A stretch of 64,000 bases of DNA from positions 76,942,001 through 77,006,000 of the forward strand of contig OX597815.1 in assembly GCA_951406725.2 (NCBI GenBank), read 5' to 3'. The notes under the pieces are model-generated. The model was not told the origin of the DNA. It made no database searches and worked only from the letters and a program-made list of their open reading frames with translations. Position numbers and translations under genes: made by a program. Shown one piece after another: positions 27,360 through 41,327 of this stretch. How positions within the stretch are numbered: position 1 is the first letter of the stretch; each line of letters opens with the position of its first letter. Source of the stretch: Octopus vulgaris (Eukaryota).

Positions 27360-28320
27360 TTTATTTACAATCTTATAATGATATAATATAAGATAATATA
27401 ATATAGTAAAATAAAATAAAATAATAGAATGTTAAATGTTCATTCTGATTGAACTAGTACTTTCATGCATTAAATTCTGCAATCTTCAGGTTCATGTAGT
27501 AGTGGTGACAGTCATGCTTCACAATTTTTGACTGTAGTGAGATGGTTAAATCTATGCCTTAAATACACCTGTGTAGGCTCTAGATTGCTAGGTTTTGCAA
27601 ATTGTATTCTGACCAATCAGTGTGTAGTATCACTTAATTACTGATTGGCTGGTTGGTTGAGCTGATTGGTTTAGGCGTCACGCTTTGTTGAACATGTCAA
27701 GAGTCCTGTATCTTAACTCTGGCCGAGGTAGCAATTGTTGGGCTATTTTTAGAAATGTTGTAAATAGCCTTTGTCAAGGATTTTTATATTTCAATTGTCA
27801 TCATCATTGTCAGCACCTTAATTATTGTTGCTAGTGGTGATAGTGGTGGCAATAGAACTTTTAACCCTAAATAAGATAATTTTCCTGCAATCTTCATCTT
27901 GATCACCTTTAGTATTGTTGTTGTTGTTAGTGGTCATGGTCGTAGCAGTAGAAGTAGTACCTCTAAGTATTATTATTATTGCTTATTATTATTGCTTGGG
28001 TTCGAATTTATCAATAAAATTCTTTTCTCTGATTTTCCTCTCGATTTCACTTGGGCTGTGTAATTTGAAGAGTGGAAATATTATATATAGTTTCCGACCA
28101 CATGTTGCTAGGTGCTTACTCAAAGGTATCTGACGGACCTCTGGGTCTCTAATCTGTTGTCGGTGTACACGTGAGCGTTCTGATAGTGCATTTCCCGTAT
28201 GACCTACATATATTTCTTCGCAATTTGGGCATTTGATGCAGTAAAATAAATTTCTGCTTTTGCAGTTCATAATCGCGTTTGTGAATATTTTACCGGTTTT
28301 TGTGTTTATATATTGGCCGG
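27360..28320 (-). mobile_element. Penelope-like element 3' portion: GIY-YIG endonuclease plus pLTR
   Basis: 27989-28270: CKSRNLFYCIKCPNCEEIYVGHTGNALSERSRVH...HLATC...REKNFIDKFEP (GIY-YIG with CxxC); hammerhead downstream. Confidence 0.9.
27450..27494 (-). ncRNA. Minimal type-I hammerhead ribozyme of PLE pLTR
   Basis: Minus: TGAAC-CTGAAGA-T-TGCA-gaatttaa-TGCA-T-GAA-AGTACT-A-GTTCA; intact core, 5-bp stem I, palindromic stem III, CUA site. Confidence 0.8.
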
Positions 28321-28790
28321 TATGTATGAATTACATATCTATATTTTATCTATATACTTTCATGCATAAGGTTGCATATTTAGACATGCTCATGTATACT
28401 TAAATGATAATCTTTTGAAAAAGTTTTACAGATGTTTATAGTTCCAGCGATGGACTGGATCTGTAGTCTTCGAATTAGTTTTCTCCTTTCTGATTTTGAG
28501 AAGACTAATTTCTCATGATTGGTATTTAGGTAGTGTGTTACATGGCCCAGTGCCCTAATAATTATAGGCATAAACCTTAACTTGTAACCTGAGTAGAATA
28601 ACAGCAAATTTCTCAATAGTTTAGCGTAGGTATTTTGTTTTTCGTTGAACTTTAGCTTTCTGTTCACATCCACTGGGCAGCTAACTTCTACAACTGTACA
28701 CAGTTTCTCTTCTCTATCCCAAATCATTATGTCAGGTCTATTGTGTTTACATTTTATTGGGGTTTTCACTGGGACATTCCACCAGTACAA
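28320..28790 (-). mobile_element. R4/Dong-like RLE endonuclease 3' fragment, 5' junction in (CATA)n
   Basis: WWNVPVKT...HNRPDIMIWDREEKLCTVVEVSCP...IIRALG (PD..E restriction-like endonuclease). Confidence 0.85.
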
Positions 28791-30289
28791 CGTATGTATG
28801 TATGTATGTATGTATGTATGTATGTATGTATGTATGTATGTATGTATGTATGTATGTATGTATGTATATATGTATGTATGCATGTATGTATGCATATATG
28901 TATGTATGTATTTGTATGTAGTTGATCCTCGGAGTTTAGCATTGGGAACTAGAACTACTAATAATTCCCTTGTATGATGGTCACACCAATTTCTTAGTCC
29001 TCCATGTTGACGTTTAACAAGGCAACTGAAGAATTATCGTGGTTCTCATGTACGAAAATTATTGATCACTGTGTAAGTGGTTTCCAAACGAGCAGATAAC
29101 TCTATTCATACTCTTATGGTATTGTGTTTATTTCGTCTCCTCATCTAATGAGTGTACGTGTGTGTGAATGTATGTAGTTATGCATGTAATATACATACAC
29201 ATATGTGTGTATATATATAGTAGTAATATGAGATGTGGATTCAGAGAACGGTGCGGCTATCACAGTAAGCTCCTCCTAAGACTCCGCTATCAGTCCACAT
29301 AGTAAAAACACAAGGTACTGTAATGTAGAGTCCGTGTAACTGAAAATCCAGAAATGCGAGCGATGAATTTCTGTGGGGTGTATATATAACATAAAGTCAG
29401 AAGGTGTGAGCAATTAAAAAAGGTTTATTTAATCACGTGATTTCCGTATGATTACTACTGCTTCGAAATCTTGTAGTATTAATTTCCGAATGCAAGAAAT
29501 TATACGTACATGTTTACATTAAGGCGTATGCTCAGCATGTTTCAATACAATGTTTAAATTCCCAAATTAACGCAAATAAAGAAAGCTAGTTCATCACACA
29601 ACCAGAAAATATGTTTATATCAACAGTTCAACTCTAAACATACTCCCAAAATTCACTCTTCATATTTACAATGTATGGTGGGCCATACCGTGTAATCATT
29701 ATAGAAATTTTTTGTATTCCATGTTAAAACGCTAAATGAAAAGTATATTCAAGTGTGCGTGTGGGATTGTTGGAAGTTTAATTTCCCTATGTGGATGTTT
29801 TGTGATCCTAGTCGCTTTTGTATAAAGTTTATAGCTGAAGATCACAGTTTCATTGTATAAGGTTGACTCCCACATCCAAGCCCTCACCAAGAATTTTGAG
29901 GCTCTTTACAATTTGTCTCAATTCTTTTTATATTACTAGTTTTATATTATTTATATTTTTATATTATTAGTTTTATGCTATTGCTTTGTTTTTTGTTTAG
30001 TTTTTTTTTCCTTTTGTTATTTCTTCTTGCTATGTTGCTTAAATAAATTATTGTAAATTCCTTAATTTTTTATCTGGTACTTTAACTTAATTGATCTGAA
30101 GGCTTTCATAAGCGGAAACACAATTCTTCAATGAAGAGCGCCACAGTCTTTGCCCAGTTGTTTGTCTTTTAACAACCAAATCAATGTAATTTTTTCTAAT
30201 TCTGGCCTTCCATATATTGTAAAATGAAGACTGAATTTTTTGTATATTTAGAGGTGAACTGTTAATGTAACCAAGACATTCTGGTGATC

Positions 30290-30500
30290 TGATGAACTAG
30301 CTTTCTTTATCAACCAAGAGGACGTGGAACCTTCAGTGATGGAGTTCTTCACCTCGGAGAACAAGAACTGGTATCAGCGTGGAATCAAAGAACTGGCAGA
30401 AAAGTGGCTTCAGACAGTGCAACATGGTTGCCTCTAATTTGAATGTTAGGCTACCTTTGTTGTAACTTGACGAATAAAGCAAATGTGTTACCAAAATATT
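30290..30500 (+). mobile_element. mariner transposase C-terminal fragment
   Basis: EFFTSENKNWYQRGIKELAEKWLQTVQHG matches the mariner FF...Y.RGI..L..RW motif. Confidence 0.65.
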
Positions 30501-30620
30501 GTAAATCTTTTGATTCAACACAATATCAATACAAACATGCACATACAATTTCTTGCATACTAAAATTGATATTACATGAAGATTTCGAAACAGCCATAAT
30601 TTTATGGAAGATGTGTGGTT

Positions 30621-30718
30621 TAGTAATGATAACAATAATACTTGGATGGAATTTATAAACATTGAATAAACATTAAATGTTTATAAATTCCATTCAGGGG
30701 TTATTGTTATTATTACTA
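30621..30718. repeat. ~43-bp stem hairpin
   Basis: 30621-30663 is the reverse complement of 30676-30718 with few mismatches; 12-nt loop. Confidence 0.85.
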
Positions 30719-30991
30719 TATTTATCCTACATTGTATCGGTACAGCTCGATGCAACCCAAAGAGAAAACCGGTTCACCTGTCAGCATCATTAGAATGGGA
30801 GCTTTATTTGCATATTCAAAACTTTTCCCGTAAACAAATTTTATATGTGTGTGTGTGTGTGTGTAAAAAGGTTGAATTAGATTCGTACTTTAATTTAGAG
30901 GTTTCCAAAAGTGATTTCTAATATTGGTTCTTCATATTTTGTTGGTTGTTTACAAGCACAAATTTGCGAATATGAAAATAATACTTGCAAA

Positions 30992-31588
30992 TAGTGTGTT
31001 GTGAATTTATGGAAAAAAATCCCATAAAACTCAACAATTTTGATAAAAATAGAGATGTTAAAATATGTAAGAGAATTTTAATTGATGCGGATGATCGTTT
31101 CGTACAGCGATATAAAAATCATGCAAATTCATGGTTGAACTGAACTGATTAAATTAATTACATTAATTATATATCACTGTACCCTTCAGTGGAAGAAGTA
31201 TAAACACAATTTTTATAAAGGACCTGAGAAAGGAAATAGCAGAATAGAATCTAGGAGATCCATATTTATCCGTTATAGCCTTTAGTCATTTCAAATAACC
31301 GTTATAGTCTTTAGTTATAGTTAATACCTAACTGAACATATAACTTTTTTTCTCATAAGGATAGATATGAATCTCCTAGATTCTATTCTCCTATTTCCTT
31401 TCTGATATTTATTTAATTTAATTAATTTAATCAATTCAATTCAACCATGAATTTGCATGATTTTGATATCTCTGTACGAAGCGATCGTCTACATGAATTA
31501 AAATTCTCTTATATATTTTAACATCTCTTCCATTTTAAACAAAATTGTTGAGTTTTATGGGATTCCTTTCCATAAATTTACAACACAT

Positions 31589-31590
<2 letters not shown>
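30992..31590. repeat. Long inverted repeat (30992-31270 / 31355-31590)
   Basis: cccataaaactcaacaattttg vs caaaattgttgagttttatggg, aggaaatag.agaatagaatctaggaga vs its complement; the left arm has a ~50 bp extra segment; right end abuts (TA)n. Confidence 0.9.
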
Positions 31591-31621
<31 letters not shown>

Positions 31622-31829
31622 GAGAGGGGGGAAACAAAAATCTCTTCAAGCGTATAAAGTTCACGTCTACCTTGCCAATGAATGATAGAACATTCACCAT
31701 TCAAGTCATTATAGTTATCAACATACATGCATATGCATGGATACACACAGATATACAGTTTTCCAATTTTTTATTTTTAAGTAAGCTCTCCTTAAATCAT
31801 TGGACACACTTTCCAGAACTTCCTCACTT

Positions 31830-33325
31830 GTGGCAAACGTACCAAAATGTTAAAAGAAGATGTATGCCCTGTCCGCAAAGGAGTGAGAAGAGATGACGCT
31901 AAAACTATTTCTCTAACCTCACATGACAGCAAAGCCATTGAAAGCATTGAAAGAAGGAAGCTAATCATGTTCTTAAAAGAAAATGGCTTGCCCACTAACA
32001 TGTAGTATTGCTTCGTCGAGGAAGTCGCTGCCTTACATAATTACAACAGCATTAAATTTGAAACAACTGCTCAACCGTTCAAATGCGGATGTGATTTATT
32101 TCGAATTTGCCGAGACCTTCTACAAAGTCGATCACGTGATGAATCACAAACTGCGCGAGCTACGTGTCGTTGGAAAACTAGGAAAATGACTCTATGCATT
32201 TTTAAAAGATAGGAGTCGGACAATCGCAGCCAGTGATGCACTCTCCGAGAAGAAATCAATGTAAAGGACCTGTACTTGGTCCACTGCTGTTCATGGTGGC
32301 TGTATCAGACCTGTCTTCAGTCATAGAGCCAGGCACTCTCATCAGTATGCTAATGATACAGAAGTACCATAGTCAATCAAGGGCCTTGAAGAAAACCTCT
32401 AAACTACATTTAAATGCAATATGCAAATGGGCTGTAGAGAACAATATGCAGTTGAATCCTGACAGGTTTCATGAACTCTAATATCAACCCACAAGTAAAT
32501 TACAGCCAGAACACACAATATCACAGACTATTGCATTCCCAGAATCAGAGTCGGTACGTGACCAGGGAATCAACATGACTGGCGATGCATCGTTCGATGT
32601 GCATATTACGACGATGCCAATAAAGTGTAGGTGACTGACTTGTTGAATTGAATTCTGAGATGATTCAGTACACGGAAGCGAGAAGCCATGATGCTCTTAT
32701 GGAGAACGTGTTTTGCGCCTGTATTGTTGCCCCTAATTATAGTCGCTACAAAGCGTCAAATTAACAGAACAAGAAACAGTCCAACACCACTGCACAACGA
32801 GTATTGTCTCGTACTACAGAACTGGATGAAACTAAAGTTGAGGCTTTACTCAATGGAGAGAAGATGCGAAAGATTTGCAGTGATATATATATACACACAT
32901 ATATATATATGGAAAATCCTGGAAGGTCTCGCATCTAGCTTTAGGATTGAATACCACTCACTGGACTGGACACCCCTGCATACTACCAAAATATCTTACT
33001 CTCTCCTTCCAGAGTAAATATCCAGTACTGTAACAGTTAAGGGTTTGAAGACGTGCATTTTCAATATCATGTCAAAAAACATCAGAGGTCTATGAGGTAT
33101 ATTTGTAAATGTTTTCAAAGTACAATTAGATAATTTTCTAACTGATACCGGATGGACTCACTTCACGACAAATAAGAGCAACTCTGTCCGACTCATTACT
33201 TCACCAGAACCAATTTCGGAGACAAAACCGGGAAGTGAGTCAAAAATAAACAAGCGTTAGCACTTATGGCGCTGGCACAGTATGGCCACATCACCTGGTT
33301 GAAACCGATGATAGAATGATAGAAG
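31830..33325 (+). mobile_element. Degraded CR1/L2-group LINE RT
   Basis: DVIYFEFAETFYKVDH (DxxYLDFxKAFDKVDH), GPVLGPLLF, YANDT, WAVENNMQLN, LYSMERRCER, WKILEGL. Confidence 0.8.
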
Positions 33326-33364
33326 AGAATAATGAAATCTCATATACACGCACACACACACATG

Positions 33365-33416
<52 letters not shown>

Positions 33417-33474
33417 CAAGCAGGCAGACAGACAGACTGACAGACAGAGAGAGAGAGAGAGAGAGATTTATTTA

Positions 33475-33525
<51 letters not shown>

Positions 33526-33653
33526 CATGCATGCATACATACATACATACATACATGCATGCATACATACATACATACATACATACATACATACATACAT
33601 ACATACATACATACATACATACATACATACATACATACATACATACATAAATA

Positions 33654-34901
33654 CGAGGGTGGGCTGAAAAGTTCATAGGTTGACTATGAATGAGTGATGC
33701 TAGAGTTGTTGAACCTTGCATGCATTGGTTTCAGCCCTTATTAATAACTGCATTATTTCTTTCCAGTTAAACTGACATCTGACTATTCAAGTAAGACTTA
33801 AAACATAACTCGTAGCGACTTCTCTTGGAGATTGACAAAATTTGGTATTGTGGTGTTATAAAGAACCTACAGAAAAAGTGTTCAGCTCTCAAGGACTTTC
33901 ATGCTGGCATGGTTTCTCCATTAGTGGATGATGGTCCAGCTTTATCAACAGTGCGAAGGTGGGCAGATGAATTTAGGAGGAGATAGGAGAGTCTTGACCC
34001 AATGTCTGGACATCCTGCAACTGCCACCACTGAGGAAAACATTGATCATGTTCACCACATGATGCTGGATGACACACGATTTACTATAAATCAACGAGCC
34101 ACTGTTATTAACATATTCCATGAGAGAGTTGAGAATATTCTGCGCAATGAGCTTGGTATGTCGAACGTTCCTGCTCATTGGGTTCCACGTCTTCCACATT
34201 GCTGGAAAATCTGACAGTGTTTTAGGTAGATCTAGCTGGTTTCCTCGGGCGTTTCCTAACCGAGGATGAGTGTTGGTTTCATCACTCAACTAGAGGCAAA
34301 GAGACTATTCATGCAGTGGAAAACCCCTCTTCACCTGCCCGAAAGAAAGCTCAGGTCGTTTCATCTGCAGGGGAAGGTCATGACCTCCGTTTTTTTTTTA
34401 GAGGTAACAGAGATGTAACAGGCACTGTGTTCATTGAATGTCTTCATAACGGCCACATCGTCAGTAGAGGGTACTGTGCCAACTTGCTGAGGCAGTTACG
34501 AAAGGCTATCAAGACCACACATCCAAGAAAACTGACGAAAGGTGTCTAGTTTCATCAGAACAATGCTCCCGCTCACAAGCCCTTGGTTTCAATGGCTGTT
34601 GTGCGAGATTGTGGTTTTGAACTAGTTGTTCACCCACCCTATTCTCCTGATTTGGCCCCATCAGACTATCATCTATTCCCCAACGTGAAAATACACTAGA
34701 CTGGGAACCAATATCGCAAAAATGGTGACGTCATATCTATTGCTGATGACTTTTTGAACGACATAATGAAAACTTCGTCACCAATATGACAGCGATTGAA
34801 GATTGTGTGAACCACAAGAGAGACTATGTTGATAAACCTCATTCGGTCAGTTTCCATGAGAGTATCTCGGTCAACCTATAAATTTTTTCAGTCGACCTTA
34901 G
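33654..34901 (+). mobile_element. Full-length defective mariner (DD34D-type) transposon
   Basis: TIRs cgagggtgggctgaaaagttcataggttgac / gtcaacctataaattttttcagtcgaccttag with TA on both sides; WVPR, TEDECW, HQNNAP, HPPYSPDLAPSDYHLF; ~1.25 kb. Confidence 0.93.
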
Positions 34902-35107
34902 TACATCCATACATACATACAAATACACATTTGTATGCATACATACATTTATGCACGTGATCTAAGCTGACTAACATCTGGAAGCCATCTTAAATTTATC
35001 TCAAATCTCTTCACCAAATATTTGATGAGATGGACGTGATCTTCCTCTCTTTGGAACTTTATGCTATATGAGGCAGAGTCACATTGATGTACATATATAT
35101 AATGATA

Positions 35108-35186
<79 letters not shown>

Positions 35187-35253
35187 CGTCTGTTTTGTGT
35201 ATATATATATATATAGATAGATAGATAGATAGCTAGATAGCTAGCCAGCTAGC

Positions 35254-35383
<130 letters not shown>

Positions 35384-35388
35384 TAAAT

Positions 35389-35606
35389 TAATCCCCCCAA
35401 AAAACGAAGGAAAAACACAAGGAAAAGACAACACGAGGATGTGGTACCTGCAAAGTATTAACAGACGCTCAGAGAAGGAAAGAAAGGTAGTTTTACGTTT
35501 CGAGCAAAGCGCTTCTTCAGAAACAGGAGACAGAGGAAAGTCCAAGAGAAAAGGTAGACGGAGGAAACAAATCGCCAAGGATCCACATGTAGTTACATTT
35601 TGAAAA
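35389..35606 (-). mobile_element. Short hammerhead-bearing element, copy 3 (motif 35490-35524)
   Basis: Minus: GTTT-CTGAAGA-A-GCGC-TTT-GCTC-GAAACGTA-AAAC; abuts (GATA)n. Confidence 0.8.
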
Positions 35607-36012
35607 TGTATACAGAGTAAGAGAGAGAGAGGGGGGATGGGGTGAAAAAGAGTCAGTAGGATTAGCCAGCAATGTTGATATAACTTCAAACCATTAAATA
35701 ACAAACATTGAAAAGCTGATACACAAACCAATATTCAGTATAGAAATCAAAATTATTATAATTGTATGCATGAAAGAACTGTTAAATTTCGATATTTTAG
35801 ACACCTTACCAACTTTTTTTTTTCACTAACTTTTGTAAAATACGAGGAGTTCTTGTGGTCAGATCGATATATATCTGACGACCGATTGGTAATATAGATT
35901 TGATCCATTTCTATACGAATTTACGATGATGTTTGAATCTCAAAGCAGTACATTTTGAGTGACTCTGTATTGTACTTACATATAACATACTATATGTACC
36001 CGGAAAATAGCC

Positions 36013-36329
<317 letters not shown>

Positions 36330-36669
36330 GGTATAAGAACGTGCATGCTTGTATATGAATGTGTGTGTGCATGTATGTATGCATGTGTGCGTGTTGGTGT
36401 GTGGGTGTACGCGTGTCAAACACGTGACCTAGTGGTTAGGATGTTGAACTATCGAGTGTAAGGTCGTAGTTTCAGTGTCTAGACAGAGCAGCAGTGTTGT
36501 GTTTTTCAGCAAACCCCAAGTTGTTGTCGGGGTTATCGCTGAGCTTGGTCGGTGTCCAGTTCGAAGAGTAGCAAATTAATCTTGGTTCGCTTAAAATGCC
36601 AGAGCGACGATGATAATCTCTGGCCTAATTAGCCTGTAGCCTTGTGACAGTCCTCAGACTGTTATATAT

Positions 36670-37105
<436 letters not shown>

Positions 37106-37196
37106 GATGGGTAAAGAACTTAAGATAGAACTTAAGGGCACGTTTGTGTGTATGTATATGTCTGTGTGTGTGTGTGTGTGTGTGTATGTGTTTGTA

Positions 37197-37227
<31 letters not shown>

Positions 37228-37710
37228 CTGTGTGTGTATGTGTGTGCATCTGTGTGTGTGTGCGTATGTGTGTGTGTGTGTGTGTGTGTGTATGCGTGTG
37301 TATACAATAGCAACTCTAGCGCATGCAGGTATAATATCTAATATAATAGATTCTTCTACCACCATCTCGTCTTCTTGCGTTTAAGCATCCAACGTTAAGC
37401 ATCAGAAGATAACTAGAGAAGATCGAACTTCCACTGATATGAAAGGATTTGAACGTAGCACAGAAATGTAAAGAAACACCTGTTATTTATTTCATGCACC
37501 ACCACGCTGCACTGCAGTCACATACGTGCTATCTGATGTAGCGATGTCTAAACTATATATGCGTGTGCGCCCGTGTGTTTGTGCATCGGTATATATACAT
37601 ATGCGTGTGTGTTTGGGTATACATGCATATACATATATGTATGAACACTTTATCTGTTCCTGCTATATTATTAGCATTATCCTGCGTTTGAGAATAAAAT
37701 TATTTCCTTA

Positions 37711-37829
<119 letters not shown>

Positions 37830-38093
37830 CCATAAAAGTCTACACACACACACATGTTTAATTACATATTTATCTATCGATAAAGATTTGCCTATATATA
37901 TTCTCCCCTCATCTTTCCTCTCTCTCTCTCTCTCTCTCTTACACTCACACACTCATACATACACATGTACAAGCATGCATTCGTACATACCTACGTACAC
38001 ACACATGCCCAAACACACATACCACACATACACATAATATGCATACATACACACATACAGAAGGCATTCGTACATACGTACGTACTCACTAAT

Positions 38094-38124
<31 letters not shown>

Positions 38125-38441
38125 TATACACACAAAATTACCTATTTGGAAGGGAAGATCAAAAATGCTCATATAATGTGTAGAAAATCAGATAACTTTC
38201 AATAGGCATTGATACACACTATATTTCCAATCAATATGAATTCAATAAAAGGCATGTGTGTTTATTTACGTTCAGCTGTCTACGTTATCTCCGAATTGCA
38301 GTCACAGTATGTAAATATATGTATGTATGTAACTATGTATGTTTACATCTCTACATTTCAATTTATTTCAAGTGCGTTGAGGTCTATGTATGTGTATAGG
38401 GAGAGAGAGAGTGTGAGAGAGAAGGCAGACAGACACAGTGA

Positions 38442-38487
<46 letters not shown>

Positions 38488-38708
38488 ACACGCACATACA
38501 TATATATATATGTATATATATTGTATGCGCACACACATATGTACAGACACATACATATATCATATATGCATATATGTATATATGTGTGTATGTGCTTGTG
38601 TGTTTCTGTGTGTGTGTTTGTGTATATTGAGATATGTTTATATTAATGTATATTTTAGAGTAGTACGTCGTAGGAGCTCACGTGGAAATATTCATATAAT
38701 AGTCTTAC

Positions 38709-39266
38709 CTTCCGCGATTGGTCTCCATCGGCCCTTATGTTTTGTAACTCACGTTTCATCACTATCCATTCTGCTTTCAGATCCCCGACAACTGAACGAA
38801 GGTTGTCTATCCCATCTTCATTCTTTATTTTCTTCATTTGACTCGTAATCCTTTCCAGCCTATTGGTCACTGCGCCAACACTATTCCAAATACTATCGAT
38901 CTCTGATTTTTTGGGGACATATTTCATTGACTGAGGATGTCTTGTTCGATGGTGAGTATCCAGACTTTTCACTTTGGTTTGAAGCAACGCTGTAGCATTA
39001 TCCAGTTCATCTACTTTTGCCAAAACCTGCAGACGTAAACTAAGAAGGTCTCTGGTCAGGGTTGCATTCATTAGACCTGTCCCACCTTCCAGTTTGTCAA
39101 TTCTTTCTATGATATTTTCATCGGGTTTCCAAACTTCAAAATTATACGTACAGGTGCCAGCATTAATTTTACTGGGGGGTGATACAGCGGATACTTCCAA
39201 GGGTACTACCTGTACACTGAGAGATACAGCGATGAACGTAACGGTTACCCAGGTGCTGGATAACAT
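38709..39266 (-). CDS. First coding exon (186 codons) of a secreted coiled-coil protein, probably angiopoietin/fibrinogen-related or olfactomedin-like
   Basis: Complex uninterrupted ORF, AAAATG start, hydrophobic N-terminus, GTCTYNF motif, heptad-rich helices, N-x-T sequons, phase-0 donor AAG|GTAAGA at 38709/38708. The family assignment is inference because the C-terminal domain is not seen. Confidence 0.8.
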
Positions 39267-40750
39267 TTTTATATTAATTCTTTCAAAAGTGGCTATGTGA
39301 GAAATAATAATAATAATATTTATAATAACAATTATGTGCTGTTATAAATATCGATACAAATATTCTTATATTTATATTAGGCTATAGACACGTAATTTGC
39401 ACAAATTTTGGAGCACTTTTTTTTATATAATCGTAATCATGAGTGTTTATAACACAACTGTTATGGTAAATAAGCATATCGCAAAAAAGAAACCTTCATT
39501 CAACCAGCTACATCTGTTGTTCTGAATGGTCAACTACAAAAAATATGCCGTACGAGAGACACAACAGTTTTGCTTTTGTATCGATAACAGCACAGCAGAT
39601 AGCCACTAGCAACAGAGAGACGACATACGCATATGTTGTTTGCAGTAGTGATAGTGATGCTGATGATGCTGTGATTCGATCGACTAAATTTGGTTGGCTG
39701 TAAGATAAAACACTCAACAGCTGCCTGCCTTTTCATTTGCTTTATCTTTCTCACTAAACTGTTCTATTTACATCCTGCAACCCACCACCATCTACAACTT
39801 TACTTTCACTTTCATATTCTCAAAACATAAGTTTCTTTTAAATAATTATGTTCTTTCCTCACTCTAATTTTAATCTCTTTTTTCTTCTTTCTTTCTCCTT
39901 GCTGATATTATTTCGTTGTTATTTTCTAATTATTCACTTTTCCTTTTCCGTTAAAAGTTGTTGTCGTCTGTTTTTCCCGCGCAGTTTGTATCTCTCACTA
40001 CTATTTCACCTTCATGCAGTTATTTTCCCTTCGATATTATCAGCCTTCCTCTTATGCATTTACTACTTTCACCGGTGCTTCACTGGCTGTTCTGACAACA
40101 ACTTAAGCTCCCACTATACAATAAATACGTTATTTTGTCGAAGGTAAATTTTAGTGACAAAGGAAAAAATTAAAACTTGACGTAAAAACTGAAACGCATT
40201 ATACACCATATACTCAAAATACAGAAGTCTGTATATATATATATACATACAAATACATAAATATAGATGCACATTTGTAAATACACTCACACACACACTC
40301 ATGCAACTCCATACAAATGCACGCGCGTGTACACACACACACACACATGCTCGCGCATGCACACATACACACACACACACACATATATATATATAAACAT
40401 TATTGTCTATTAAGTCTTACAGTCAGCAGATACGTTCTAAATATGTACATAACATATATGAGTTCATACGTGAGGTGTGTCTGGTGAGATGTCTGTACAG
40501 TAAATATAATTTTCTTCTGGGTACAAAAGATGGAATAAAGTAACATTGACTAAGGGTACTACAATAGAATCCCAGGGAGAATGCATGTGCAGTTGAGTTT
40601 AATGCAATTTGAACTGAAATCCAGAGTTAATCTGCAATACTAGACATGATTATACTTTCATATAGGCCACTATTTTCTGTAATAGCTTTATTAATTATTT
40701 ATCATACATGCATAAGCAGACACAGACACATGTGTGTGCATATATGTAAA

Positions 40751-40792
<42 letters not shown>

Positions 40793-41007
40793 GTAAATCC
40801 CAAAAAAAGCAAAAAAGAAACACAAGAAACGAACAACAACTCGAGGACGTGGTACATGCAAAGTTTTAGCAGACGCTCAGGGAAGGAAAGAAAGGTGGTT
40901 TTTACGTTTCAAACAAAGCTCTTCGTCAGAAACAGGAGGCGGAGGAAAGTCCAAGAGAAAAGGAAGACGGAGGAAAAATATCGCCAACGATCCACATGTG
41001 GTTACAC
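40793..41007 (-). mobile_element. Short hammerhead-bearing element, copy 4 (motif 40898-40933)
   Basis: Minus: GTTT-CTGACGA-A-GAGC-TTT-GTTT-GAAACGTA-AAA; lies between (TA)n and (CATA)n; closely similar to copy 3. Confidence 0.8.
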
Positions 41008-41038
<31 letters not shown>

Positions 41039-41292
41039 CATACATACATACATACATACATACATACATACATACATACATGTATACATACATACCTACA
41101 TACATACACACATACATATATATATATACATATACATATATATATATATGCATACAAGCATAAGAACATGAATACATGTATACATTCATATAAATATGTA
41201 CATATGGGTGCGAGTTTAGGTTTGCGTGTATGTATTAAAAGTATACTCATGTAAATATGTATGTGTGAGTGTGTATATTATATATAACTTTA

Positions 41293-41327
<35 letters not shown>

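Noticed and set aside
35855-35895. CTGACGA within a small hairpin
   Set aside because: No downstream GAAA.
39755-39775. TATA-like TAAATAG upstream of the coding exon on minus
   Set aside because: Uninformative in such AT-rich DNA without TSS data.
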